A stretch of DNA of 57,244 nucleotides, taken from assembly GCA_963578565.1 (NCBI GenBank), contig CAUZCX010000001.1, positions 1 through 57,244 on the forward strand, read 5' to 3'. Source of the stretch: Anaerolineae bacterium (lineage in GTDB: Bacteria; Chloroflexota; Anaerolineae; Anaerolineales; UBA11657). The position numbers and the translations under genes are program-made. This document shows positions 25,749 to 35,170 of this stretch, in pieces; within the stretch, counting starts at the first letter, position 1, and each line of letters starts with the position of its first letter. Under the pieces are notes generated by a model. That model was not told the DNA's origin. It worked only from the letters and a program-made list of their open reading frames with translations, and made no database searches.

Positions 25749-26810
25749 TTAAATACTGGCCTCAGCAAGGCGGGCGGCTTCCTTGCGGGTAGCGATTTCG
25801 TTGATGAAATCATCAATGTCGCCATTCAGCACGCCTTCCAGATTGTGCAGGGTCATTCCGATGCGGTGGTCGGTGACGCGATTCTGGGGAAAGTTGTAAG
25901 TGCGGATTTTTTCGCTGCGGTCTCCGGTGCCTACCTGTGCGCGTCGTGTGGCTTCCTCCTCGCTTCGTCTTTTTTCCTCTTCGATTTCGTAGAGGCGGGC
26001 TCGTAGGACGACCATGGCCCGCATCCGATTCTGTAGCTGGGAGCGTTCATCCTGGCATTGAGAGACTAAGCCGGTGGGTATGTGCGTGAGACGCACAGCC
26101 GTAGAATTCTTCTGCACACTTTGGCCGCCTGCACCGCCGGCTCTGTAAACCTCCATCTTGATATCACTTTCCGGAATATCAATCTCGACTTCGTCCACCT
26201 CTGCCATTACGGCTACTGTTGCAGTTGAGGTATGTATGCGGCCTTGCGTCTCGGTTTCGGGAACTCGTTGTACACGATGCACACCAGGCTCGTACTTCAG
26301 GCGAGAGAAGGCGCCCGTTCCTTTGACGCCGAAAATCACTTCCTTGAAACCGCCAATGCCACTGGCGTTGGAGGAGATTATTTCGGCGCGCCAGCGGCGG
26401 TTTTCGGCATAGCGAGCGTACATGCGGTATAGGTCGGCTGCAAACAGCCCGGCTTCGTCTCCGCCAGCGCCTGCGCGGATTTCCACGATGATATTTCGCT
26501 CGTCGCGCGGGTCCGTGGGCAGAAGCAGACGGCGGATGTGCAGCTCTATCTTTTCTATGGCCAGGCCCAGCGCAGCTATTTCCGCCTCAGCCATAGCGCG
26601 CATCTCGGGTTCTTTCAGCAGCGCCTCCGTATCTTCTAGCGTCTTGATGCTTTCACGGTGCTGCCGTGCTAGCGATACAATGGGTTCGAGGCGCGCGCGC
26701 TCCTGCGCGTATTCGCTCACTCTAGTGTAATCGTTGGCTACTTCGGGGTCGGCGAGCAGCTCGTTTATTTCCTCAAAGCGCGCTTCGATTCCGGACAGTT
26801 TTTCTTGCAT
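25749..26810 (-). CDS. prfA: Peptide chain release factor 1
   Basis: GGQSVQKNSTAVRLTHIPTG (GGQ) and a PET tripeptide at the RF1 PxT position. ATG start verified. Confidence 0.95.
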   Translation of the reverse strand: MQEKLSGIEARFEEINELLADPEVANDYTRVSEYAQERARLEPIVSLARQHRESIKTLEDTEALLKEPEMRAMAEAEIAALGLAIEKIELHIRRLLLPTDPRDERNIIVEIRAGAGGDEAGLFAADLYRMYARYAENRRWRAEIISSNASGIGGFKEVIFGVKGTGAFSRLKYEPGVHRVQRVPETETQGRIHTSTATVAVMAEVDEVEIDIPESDIKMEVYRAGGAGGQSVQKNSTAVRLTHIPTGLVSQCQDERSQLQNRMRAMVVLRARLYEIEEEKRRSEEEATRRAQVGTGDRSEKIRTYNFPQNRVTDHRIGMTLHNLEGVLNGDIDDFINEIATRKEAARLAEASI

Positions 26811-26901
26811 GATTACACGTTAATTGCGGAGCCGCGAGTTCAGGTTTATTGCCTCGTAGCTACCGGGCATCTCTGACCTTCTATAGCTCTTCGGTTTCTG
26901 T

Positions 26902-27099
26902 TTAATGAATAAATAACGAGAGCAACACCAGCGCCAGAATCAGCGCGGACCCGAGCATGGCGATGCGCTTCAGGTCAGCGCGAATGTGCGCGTAGTCGTT
27001 TGGGAGCGAATGGTGGGCGCGGACGCGTTGTAGGATGCGGTTAGCTGCCCGCGGTGCAGTGCGCAGGCTTCGGCGTCGTCTGCTCTGGCGTTTGCTCAT
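26902..27099 (-). CDS. Small hypothetical protein: basic N-terminus plus C-terminal TM anchor
   Basis: 65-aa ORF on the same strand as its neighbours. MSKRQSRRRRSLR then ...MLGSALILALVLLSLFIH. No family recognised. Confidence 0.3.
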   Translation of the reverse strand: MSKRQSRRRRSLRTAPRAANRILQRVRAHHSLPNDYAHIRADLKRIAMLGSALILALVLLSLFIH

Positions 27100-27264
27100 G
27101 ACGAGTGATGTCTCTGTACGCTACATGATACCTGCTGCGCTCGGATTCGTACAGGGTCAGACTGTGCTTAGTAAAGCCTCTTGTTTCCAGTCGGAAGTGT
27201 GCTGTCAGGTCGGGTTGCGTGTACGGAAGGAATGACTACTCATCCTTTTCAGTCTAATTGAGTG

Positions 27265-28146
27265 CTAGGCCGAATCTTCCAGTTCGGCGAAAACAACGAT
27301 GCGCTTGTTATCCACCAGATATGGGTAGCAGGAAATCAGCGTTGCCGTGGGACTGCTGGTGGGATTCATCACCTCCACCTCGGTGGGCTGGACCACGTCG
27401 CTCCCGGTGATTACATAGTTGAACTGCTCGCCCATGGTGTGGATTGTGATGATGTCTCCCGGCACCAGCCTATCTAGGTCGCGGAAGATTTCGCCAAATA
27501 TGTCGTTGTGGGCGGATACCACCAGATTCCCGTTTTGTCCGGGTCTGGCAGTGCCGACGTGCTGCCCGACGCCGCGCCGCAATTGCTCCCAGCTGTCGCC
27601 TTGTACCACTGGTGCATCGATATTGATCGCTGGGATGACGATGCGTGTCGCCTGTCCAGAGCCGGGGGTGGGGATGATCACTGCCGGCAGCGCCTGCACG
27701 AGCGGGCGCAGGTTTTCGGGAATCTCGGCTTCGTTCGGGCGAGCGCCAGCCGGGTCGGTGGGAGGAGTATGGCCGCTGGGCAACACCAGTGCCGTTATCA
27801 TTGGGGTGGGCACAGCCGTGGGCGCGCTCTCCGCTGAAATCATCTCCTGCACCTCCTCGTTTATCTTCTCGCGCGCTTGCCAGAAGTCGTATGCCAGATA
27901 CACCAGTCCGGATACGGCGGCTACCTCCAGCAACCAGAGGGCCCAGCTGGCCATGCGGCCTAGGCGTAACCGGCGGGGAGGCGGAGTCCAATCCTCGGGA
28001 TGGTCCCCCGCCACCTGCGCCCGCAGCGCCCGGCCGGTTACGCGGAACTGCCGTAGGCGCTCCTCACGCGTACGCTGTTTCTTTATCTTCAGGATGCGCT
28101 CAAGCTCCCCGATGGAAAGGTCGTCCACCGAGCGGCGGTCTTTCAT
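27265..28146 (-). CDS. Sortase family transpeptidase, membrane anchored
   Basis: VVSAHNDIFGEIFRDLDRLVPGDII (His block), TLISCYPY (TLxTC Cys block), NKRIVVFAEL (Arg block), N-terminal TM WALWLLEVAAVSGLVYLAY. Confidence 0.8.
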   Translation of the reverse strand: MKDRRSVDDLSIGELERILKIKKQRTREERLRQFRVTGRALRAQVAGDHPEDWTPPPRRLRLGRMASWALWLLEVAAVSGLVYLAYDFWQAREKINEEVQEMISAESAPTAVPTPMITALVLPSGHTPPTDPAGARPNEAEIPENLRPLVQALPAVIIPTPGSGQATRIVIPAINIDAPVVQGDSWEQLRRGVGQHVGTARPGQNGNLVVSAHNDIFGEIFRDLDRLVPGDIITIHTMGEQFNYVITGSDVVQPTEVEVMNPTSSPTATLISCYPYLVDNKRIVVFAELEDSA

Positions 28147-28149
28147 TTC

Positions 28150-28959
28150 TTACTCGGCCCGCCAAGCGACTGCGAAAACCTCGCGCTGGAAGAACCAGCG
28201 AAATGGTGGCAAAGCGAAAAACACGTTTCGCAAGGCTGTCAGCAGCCCGGGCTCAATGCGATTCTGGGGCGGGCTTTGTAGCCACACCCGACCCCGAAAG
28301 CCGGCCCTACGCAACGTCAGCCAAAGGCTGAACGCGCTTTGCTCGTTAACGTGCACATCCACATTTGCGGCCACGTTCAGCGCGCGTGGGTTGGCCGGAT
28401 AAGCGGCGCCTTGCCCGCACAGAATTCGAAAGAGGCGGACAAATGGATAGGCATAACGGTCATACCATGCGTTCGGAGCGGTGTGCACAGCCAGCAGGCC
28501 ATCCGGCTTCATTACGCGGCGAGCCTCCAGCAGTGCCTGCTGCAGTTCCCAGGGGAACAGGTGTTCCACCACGTCGAACAGCAGTACACGGTCAAATTCC
28601 TCATCAGGTAAAGGTAACGCCTTCGCGTCCGCCCGGGAGACCGGATTTTCGGTCACGGTGTTCTCGCCAGATCCCTCGCGAGCGATAGAAACAGCTGCAG
28701 GAGCGTAATCTACTCCGCAGGCGTGTGCGCCTAGCCGCGTGCAGTGGCGCAGAATCTCGCCGCGTCCGCAGCCGACATCTAACACGCGCATGCCTGGGAT
28801 GATTTCCGCCAAAGCAAAGGCAGCCTGTAGTCGTCGTGAAAGGCGCTCGCCGCGTGTTTCATTAAACTCGTGGAATCCCTCGCAGGCGCCGCGGAAATAC
28901 TCCTCGGTGTAAAGATCGGGCGAGAGAGAGGGATGCTTTGCGGGTTGCGATGTCATCAT
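28150..28959 (-). CDS. Class I SAM-dependent methyltransferase
   Basis: Motif I VLDVGCGRGE and LLFDVVEHL. Confidence 0.75.
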   Translation of the reverse strand: MMTSQPAKHPSLSPDLYTEEYFRGACEGFHEFNETRGERLSRRLQAAFALAEIIPGMRVLDVGCGRGEILRHCTRLGAHACGVDYAPAAVSIAREGSGENTVTENPVSRADAKALPLPDEEFDRVLLFDVVEHLFPWELQQALLEARRVMKPDGLLAVHTAPNAWYDRYAYPFVRLFRILCGQGAAYPANPRALNVAANVDVHVNEQSAFSLWLTLRRAGFRGRVWLQSPPQNRIEPGLLTALRNVFFALPPFRWFFQREVFAVAWRAE

Positions 28960-28965
28960 CGATGA

Positions 28966-30588
28966 TTATAAGGGATTGCGGCGGCGTATTAGGTGCGCAG
29001 CAAGCTTCATTTCTGGGACTTTCATCGCGTTCATCAGGGCCAGATAAGTGGCCGCCCCGATAGTGCCGGGCAGTACCACTGCAGCCAGTGCGCCCAGCAG
29101 CTGGCCCGGCCAACTTATCTGGCCCACGGCCCACAGGGTGGCCATAGTCAGGATTGCCATCACGCCGGCGGCCAATACTGCTCTCGAACTTGTGTGGCCC
29201 AACCGTTGGCCGCGCAGACTACCTATGCGGCGGTGCAGCAGAAGCCACATGGTGAGCGCATGAAAGGTGAGCTGTATGGCGTTGGCGATTATCAGGTCGC
29301 TGAGCTGCATCGGCCGGAAAAAGGTTGGCGCGAGTGCGGCAGCTAGATACACGCATACTCCTGCTAGGCCGACGAATGCAGGCGTCCATGCGTCTTGGCG
29401 AGCGTAGAATGCGTTAATGAGCGGCAGGTCTATGGCGGCGGAGATGATTCCCAGTAAGTACAGCCGCAACACCATGGTAGTCATTGTTGTGTCAGTAGTC
29501 AGGAAATCACCATGCTCGAAAATTAGTGCGACCACCGGCTGCGCCAGCACGAAAAGGCCCACCGTTGCCGGGATAATGAGCACCAGCACCAAACGTAATC
29601 CGTGCGCCAGTGTGGCCATAAAATCGCGGTTGTCCTCCGGTAGAGACCAACCCTCCGCCTGCCGCGCCAGCGTTGGCAAGATAGCCACGGAGATGGCGGT
29701 GGAGGTTATCCCGAGCGGGAACTGCATCAGAGTGGTAGCATAGTCCATCCAGGCTATGCTCTGGTCGCCGGTCGTGGATGCCAGGCGGTACGAGATGGCG
29801 CGGCTGAACATGTCCACTAAGAGACCAAGCATAATGGGAAAGTACAACCGGGCGATGCGTCGCAGGGCCGGATGACTCCAGTCCAGAACCGGGCGCAAGT
29901 GCGTGTCCCGTAAACCGGGCAGCTGGAGCAGCACCTGCAGCACTGCGCCTGCCAGTAAACCGGCCGCCATGGCACGCACGCCGTACGGGCGCGCGAAAAG
30001 GAGCGTGACCGCCACAATGCCTAGGTTGAAAATGGCCGCGTTGAATGCGGATAGTGTGAAGCGTTTCAGTGAGTAAAGCAGCCCGGTCAGGATGCCGGCG
30101 AAGTTCAGGAAGAGCATGGCCGGTATTGTCAGGCGCAGGATGCTGGCGGTCAGCCGCAACATCTCCGTGCTCATGCCGCCGCTTATCAGCCATGCGATTT
30201 GGGGTGAGAACAACTCTCCCAGCAGAACGAGTGGGGTCATCAGAGTGACACAGAGAGTGAGCAGAAAGGAGGCGATCAGCCATAACTCTGTGCGTTTCTC
30301 ATGGCGGGCATATGTGCTGAACACAGGGACAAGCGCCGCGCTGACCATGCCGCCCGCTAACAAATCGTAAAACCACATTGGCACCTTGGCGGCGATGTTG
30401 AAGGCGCTCACCACCCCTGTTGCGCCGAAGAAATACGATTTCGCGATGTCGCGCGCTAGGCCGAGTATGCGCGAAACAATGTTTCCGGCAGCTATGATGG
30501 ATGCTGCACGGGCCACACCCGCCAGTTCGGATGGTGGTGGCTGCGCTCTAGGGGCTAATCCGGATGTGCTGCTGAGTGCAGTGGGCAT
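28966..30588 (-). CDS. murJ: Lipid II flippase MurJ/MviN
   Basis: GNIVSRILGLARDIAKSYFFGATG, AFNIAAKVP, about 14 TM helices, 540 aa. Confidence 0.85.
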   Translation of the reverse strand: MPTALSSTSGLAPRAQPPPSELAGVARAASIIAAGNIVSRILGLARDIAKSYFFGATGVVSAFNIAAKVPMWFYDLLAGGMVSAALVPVFSTYARHEKRTELWLIASFLLTLCVTLMTPLVLLGELFSPQIAWLISGGMSTEMLRLTASILRLTIPAMLFLNFAGILTGLLYSLKRFTLSAFNAAIFNLGIVAVTLLFARPYGVRAMAAGLLAGAVLQVLLQLPGLRDTHLRPVLDWSHPALRRIARLYFPIMLGLLVDMFSRAISYRLASTTGDQSIAWMDYATTLMQFPLGITSTAISVAILPTLARQAEGWSLPEDNRDFMATLAHGLRLVLVLIIPATVGLFVLAQPVVALIFEHGDFLTTDTTMTTMVLRLYLLGIISAAIDLPLINAFYARQDAWTPAFVGLAGVCVYLAAALAPTFFRPMQLSDLIIANAIQLTFHALTMWLLLHRRIGSLRGQRLGHTSSRAVLAAGVMAILTMATLWAVGQISWPGQLLGALAAVVLPGTIGAATYLALMNAMKVPEMKLAAHLIRRRNPL

Positions 30589-30600
30589 GGCCTCGGAGGC

Positions 30601-32463
30601 TTACAATAGTTCCTTGACTGACTTTGCTGCAGGGCGAGTCATTCCGTTCGCCTGTAGTAAATCCGCTAGGCTTGCGGCGCGAATGTGCTCGAGCGAACCA
30701 AAGTGGCGGAGCAGTGCTTTCCGCCGCGCTGGACCGATGCCCGGCACGCTATCCAGCTGCGAAGCCAGGCCGGATTTGGTGCGGCGCTGGCGGTGGTGCG
30801 CCAACGCGAAACGATGGGCCTCATCACGGATGCGCTGCGCGAGAAAAATCGCTGGTGAGCGCTTCGGCACAGCAACCGGTTCGGAATGTGATGGCACGAA
30901 AAGTTCCTCGTTCTGTTTGGCAAGTGCGGCGACGGCAACAGTATTGCTGAGTTTAAATTCGCGCAGCACCGCCTCCGCGATTGCCAAATGACCCTTGCCT
31001 CCATCCACCAGCAGTAGGTCTGGCAGTCGCGCAAATGCCTCGTTCCGCTTAGTGTCAGCATCCCGTTGTTCGCAGCTTTGCTGCCAACGACGGAAACGGC
31101 GCATAAGCATCTCACGCATACCAGCGTAATCATCCGGCCCGTCCACTGTCCGGATGGTGAAGCGGCGGTAGTGGGATTTCTCAGGTGTGCCCTGATGGAA
31201 GACCACCATGCTGCCAGTGGCGGCTGCGCCCTGCGTGTTGGAGATGTCGAAACACTCGATGCGGTTGGGTGGTCCAGGCAGCCGCAGAGCCGCCTGGAGC
31301 TCTGTCAGTGCTACTTCCTGCCTCAAACCATCGGCCTGCCATTGCGCGCGCATCGCGCTGAGTTTCTCGGATGCATTTTCCGCCGCCATCCGTACCAGGT
31401 TTCGTTTCGCCCCACGCCTCGGAACGGTGAGAGTAACCTTGCGGCCTCCGCGTCGGTCGCGGAGCCACTCTTTGATTATCGTGGCATCTGCAATCTTGTC
31501 AGGCAGCAGTACCTCCTGCGGCACGAAGGCGGCTTTGTGGTAAAACTGTTTCACGAAGGCAGTAAGTATCCTCTCGTTATCCTCGTCCGCGGTACCATCT
31601 AAGACGAAAAATTCGCGTCCGATGAGCTTGCCGGCACGGATGAAGAAGACCTGTACACACGCGTCGTTGGACTCGTGGGCGAAGGCGATAACATCGATGT
31701 CAACATCCTTTGGGCTGATGACCTGCTGCTTTTCAACGATACGTTCGATGGCTAGCAGCTGGTCGCGTAGACCGGCTGCTAGCTCGTAGCGCTGCTCGTG
31801 GGCGGCTGCCTGCATCTCATCGTGCAGCCGTCGCATAATTGGTTTGGTGCGTCCTTGCATGAAGTGACTCAGGTCTGCAATCATGGTGCGGTACTCATCC
31901 TGGTCGCATGCGCCAATGCAGGGAGCGCTGCACAGCTTGATGTCCCAGTATAAACAGGCGCGCGTGTCGTTGCCGGTTATCACGCGATCACAGGTCAAAT
32001 ATGGGAAAACCTTGCGCAGTACGTCCAAGCTCTGGTGTACTGCCCACATGCTAGTGTACGGTCCGAAATAGCGGTTTCCGTCGTTGTGCTCCGCCCTGCG
32101 CCTCGTGACCGTGACCTTCGGGAAGGGGTCTTTCCAGTGAACCTTGATGTAGGGGTAACGCTTGTCGTCCTTCCAGCGCACGTTGTATTTGGGCTTGAAG
32201 CGGTTTATCAGGTTGTGTTCCAGCAGCAGGGACTCCAACTCGGTTTTCTGGATGATCCAGTCGATGTCCTCGATCTTGCGTACTAGTTCGCGGGTGCGCG
32301 CACTGTGATTGGCGGAGGCGTGGAAATAAGAGCGCACGCGCGCGCGCAGGTTTATCGCTTTTCCCACGTAAAGCACCGTGCCGTAGCGATCCTTCATTAG
32401 ATAGCAGCCAGGTCGGTTGGGCAGGTTTTGCAGCCGCTTCTGGATTTGTTTGGAACTGGTCAT
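30601..32463 (-). CDS. uvrC: Excinuclease ABC subunit C
   Basis: GIY-YIG block GCYLMKDRYGTVLYVGKAINLRARVRSYF and a C-terminal (HhH)2 LDSVPGIGPARRKALLRHFGSLEHI. I place the start at ATG 32463 (MTSSKQ); the track extends to 32505. Confidence 0.9.
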   Translation of the reverse strand: MTSSKQIQKRLQNLPNRPGCYLMKDRYGTVLYVGKAINLRARVRSYFHASANHSARTRELVRKIEDIDWIIQKTELESLLLEHNLINRFKPKYNVRWKDDKRYPYIKVHWKDPFPKVTVTRRRAEHNDGNRYFGPYTSMWAVHQSLDVLRKVFPYLTCDRVITGNDTRACLYWDIKLCSAPCIGACDQDEYRTMIADLSHFMQGRTKPIMRRLHDEMQAAAHEQRYELAAGLRDQLLAIERIVEKQQVISPKDVDIDVIAFAHESNDACVQVFFIRAGKLIGREFFVLDGTADEDNERILTAFVKQFYHKAAFVPQEVLLPDKIADATIIKEWLRDRRGGRKVTLTVPRRGAKRNLVRMAAENASEKLSAMRAQWQADGLRQEVALTELQAALRLPGPPNRIECFDISNTQGAAATGSMVVFHQGTPEKSHYRRFTIRTVDGPDDYAGMREMLMRRFRRWQQSCEQRDADTKRNEAFARLPDLLLVDGGKGHLAIAEAVLREFKLSNTVAVAALAKQNEELFVPSHSEPVAVPKRSPAIFLAQRIRDEAHRFALAHHRQRRTKSGLASQLDSVPGIGPARRKALLRHFGSLEHIRAASLADLLQANGMTRPAAKSVKELL

Positions 32464-32629
32464 TACTACGATTGTAGCACGTAGGTGCGCGAGAGTGCGG
32501 TACACTCAAACCGCTGCGGCTGTGTGCTATAATGCACGCCCTGCGGTTTAGTATCGTCTGGTTTGTGGGACTGCGTAGCCGGAACGCCAAAGCGCGGCGG
32601 TATAGCACACTTTTTAATCGGATTATGCG

Positions 32630-34165
32630 ATGATTGGCATCAGAAGCACACAGATGCGATTGAGATGGGCCCTCCTACTGGCTGCGTGTGTGCTGTTGTT
32701 GGCAAGCATGCTACCGGCGGTCTCGCTGGCAGCTCCGACGCAACAAACTAATCTACTCACTAACTCTGGGTTCGAATCCACTTTCGCGGCCGACGGCGTC
32801 GGTGATGCCTGGCTCAAGTGGGTGGTTTCCGGCACGCCAGCATATAAACAGATTACCAGCAGTACTGACTCCCGGCGCGTGAAAGCCGGCTCAAGTGCCC
32901 AACAGATGGAAGGGATTAATGTATCATACGTGGCCGGTCTGCAACAGACTGTGACGGGCATCACTGTGGGTAAGACATACCGCTTCACTATTTATGGTCA
33001 TGCTTGGGCAAATACCGGTGATAATACAGATGTATCCACAGGCACAATCACCATGAAAGTCGGGATTGGGCCTGGCAACACCAATGCGGCTGACCCCAAT
33101 ATCACTTGGTCGGGCGCGTACACGTACACGGACAACTTTGGCCTGTTAAGTGTTGAAGTTGTAGCCACGGATACCACAGTGACTGTGTTCACTCATGCGG
33201 GCACCACGGCCTTGCAGAAACATAACGATGTGTACTGGGATGATGCCGTCCTGGTGGAAGTCGGCGCGGTGACTAGCACGCCGGCAGCCACGACTGCGGT
33301 CACCGCCGAGGCTACCCAGGCTGCTCAGGCGAACCAATCGAGTGGTGAACTGGTGGCCCCGACCGATTTTCCGATTCCCACCCCGGACGACACCGGTCAG
33401 ATCATCTACTATGTAAAGCCGAACGACAATCTGGTGCATATTGCCACTATTGCTTGTGGGGAGACGCTGGAATGCCTGGAGCAAATAAAGCTCGCCAATG
33501 GGCTTGTCGGGGATATCATTTACCCGGGTCAGAGGCTCGTGATAGGGCCTCTGGCAGGGACGCAATCGGCGGTGGCGGTCGCGGAGGTGCAGAATACTCC
33601 CGTGCCGTCCGGATCTGATGCTGCTGCTGTCGCTACCGGAACGGCATCCGAGGATGCGGTGGATGGCGATCCTGAAGAAGATGATGAGGCGGAAGCTGCC
33701 GCTGCCGCGGCAACTCTGCCGCCTGGGGCAACTGGAGCAGTATGCGTGACGTTGTACGCCGACGCCAATGGCAATGGAGTTTTGGATGCGGGCGAGCAGC
33801 TGGTGGCTGAAGGTATTTTCAACCTAGTCAACTTGGATAATGGCGAGACTATTGACAGCTACATTACTGATGGGTCGAGTGAGCCGTACTGTTTTTCCGG
33901 TCTGGCGACCGGTACTTTTCGGGTGATTTCGGCTTCACCATCTGGCCATACTCCTACCACGCGAGTGGACTGGGACCTGACGCTGGCTGCCGGCAGTACC
34001 GCAAACCTAGAATTTGGAGCACAGTTTACCGGCGAGGAAGTGGTTCCCACCGAAGTACCCGAGAGTGCACCACTGCGGCCGGCTCTGATCGGGGCTTTTG
34101 GGGTTGTGCTGCTCCTCTCGGCGGCAGGAATCGCCGGTTACTTAGTGCTCACCCGCCGCGGATAA
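32630..34165 (+). CDS. Secreted, C-terminally anchored surface protein with CBM-like, LysM and SdrD/Cna-B-like segments
   Basis: Signal peptide MRLRWALLLAACVLLLASMLPAVSLA. NLLTNSGFES (CBM4/9-like start). LysM-like YYVKPNDNLVHIATIACGE...IYPGQRLVIGP. VCVTLYADANGNGVLDAGE. C-terminal TM plus RRG. Confidence 0.7.
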   Translation: MIGIRSTQMRLRWALLLAACVLLLASMLPAVSLAAPTQQTNLLTNSGFESTFAADGVGDAWLKWVVSGTPAYKQITSSTDSRRVKAGSSAQQMEGINVSYVAGLQQTVTGITVGKTYRFTIYGHAWANTGDNTDVSTGTITMKVGIGPGNTNAADPNITWSGAYTYTDNFGLLSVEVVATDTTVTVFTHAGTTALQKHNDVYWDDAVLVEVGAVTSTPAATTAVTAEATQAAQANQSSGELVAPTDFPIPTPDDTGQIIYYVKPNDNLVHIATIACGETLECLEQIKLANGLVGDIIYPGQRLVIGPLAGTQSAVAVAEVQNTPVPSGSDAAAVATGTASEDAVDGDPEEDDEAEAAAAAATLPPGATGAVCVTLYADANGNGVLDAGEQLVAEGIFNLVNLDNGETIDSYITDGSSEPYCFSGLATGTFRVISASPSGHTPTTRVDWDLTLAAGSTANLEFGAQFTGEEVVPTEVPESAPLRPALIGAFGVVLLLSAAGIAGYLVLTRRG

Positions 34166-34242
34166 AAACGCAGCGCGCAACTTGCTTTTGATTGTGATTC
34201 CCATCAGCGTGAAACAGACCCCCTTTTTTTCCTTTTGGTTGG

Positions 34243-35112
34243 CTATTCGGGTAGCGGGGTGCCGTCAGCATCGCAAAACTCGACTGCTTGCTCAGCAAAG
34301 CGTTTGCGCATCACGCGGATAGCAGCCGGATTGTTGTCCATTAGCATGAATTGCCTTCCTAGTTCAAGGGCGGCCGCGCCCGTAGTGCCGCTTCCGGCGA
34401 AGAAATCGATCACCAAGTCGCCTGGTCGCGAGGATGCCTGCACGATGCGACGCAGCACCCCGAGCGGTTTCTGGGTCGGGTAGCCGGTCTTTTCTTTGCC
34501 GGTCGGGCTGACGATTGTGTGCCACCAGGTATCAGTGGGCAGCTTGCCGCGGGCGGCTTTTGCCTTTCCTACCAGGCCCGGTGCCATGTACGGAATTCGC
34601 TCCACCGCATCGGCGTCGAAGAAGTAATCCTTACGCTGCTTGACATACAGGAGAATGTTATCGTGTTTCGGCGGCCATCTGTTCTTTGGCCGAGCTCCGT
34701 AATCATATGCCCAGATAATTTCGTTGAGGAAGTTCTCGCGACCGAAAATTTGGTCGAGCAGCACCTTACAATAGTGAGCCTCGCGGTAGTCAATGTGGAA
34801 GTAGAGCGATCCGTACGGGCTCAGGATACGTCGCGCCTCCTCGAGACGCGGTTTGATGAATGCGTGAAAATCCTCGAAGTTGTCCTGAAAAGATTCGCTG
34901 CCAACTCGCTCGGTGATGTACCTTTCGCCTTTGAAACCAGTGCGGTCACCCTGTGTGCTGCGGATAGTGCGCAGCTGTGTCCGCGTCTGGGTGCGGCCGG
35001 TGTTGAAAGGAGGGTCAATGTAAATCAGCTGCACAGAGCCAGTCTGCAGCTGCTGAAGAGCTGGCAGGTTATCTGTAAAGATGACCCTGTTGGGCCTAAA
35101 TTCAGCATTCAT
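34243..35112 (-). CDS. DNA methyltransferase, beta-class N6-adenine/N4-cytosine family (N6_N4_Mtase)
   Basis: Motif IV IYIDPPFNTG near the N-terminus and motif I VIDFFAGSGTTGAAA near the C-terminus, preceded by YPTQKPLGVLRRIV. No nuclease gene is adjacent. Confidence 0.85.
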   Translation of the reverse strand: MNAEFRPNRVIFTDNLPALQQLQTGSVQLIYIDPPFNTGRTQTRTQLRTIRSTQGDRTGFKGERYITERVGSESFQDNFEDFHAFIKPRLEEARRILSPYGSLYFHIDYREAHYCKVLLDQIFGRENFLNEIIWAYDYGARPKNRWPPKHDNILLYVKQRKDYFFDADAVERIPYMAPGLVGKAKAARGKLPTDTWWHTIVSPTGKEKTGYPTQKPLGVLRRIVQASSRPGDLVIDFFAGSGTTGAAALELGRQFMLMDNNPAAIRVMRKRFAEQAVEFCDADGTPLPE

Positions 35113-35170
35113 ATACTTGTATCCGCCTCATTTGTGCCAGCGCCGCTCGCGGCGATGCTATAATTTTTCC

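Noticed and set aside
27419-28402. 327-aa ORF on the + strand spanning the sortase and methyltransferase genes.
   Set aside because: It is antisense to two well-supported genes with clear catalytic motifs. Its translation is Arg/Ser/Pro/Ala-rich low-complexity sequence, typical of spurious open frames in high-GC DNA. The same applies to 27470-27991(-), 27789-28331(+) and 29507-30283(-).
30386-30991. 201-aa + strand ORF bridging the murJ/uvrC junction.
   Set aside because: It is antisense to both genes, has no recognisable domain and has low-complexity composition.
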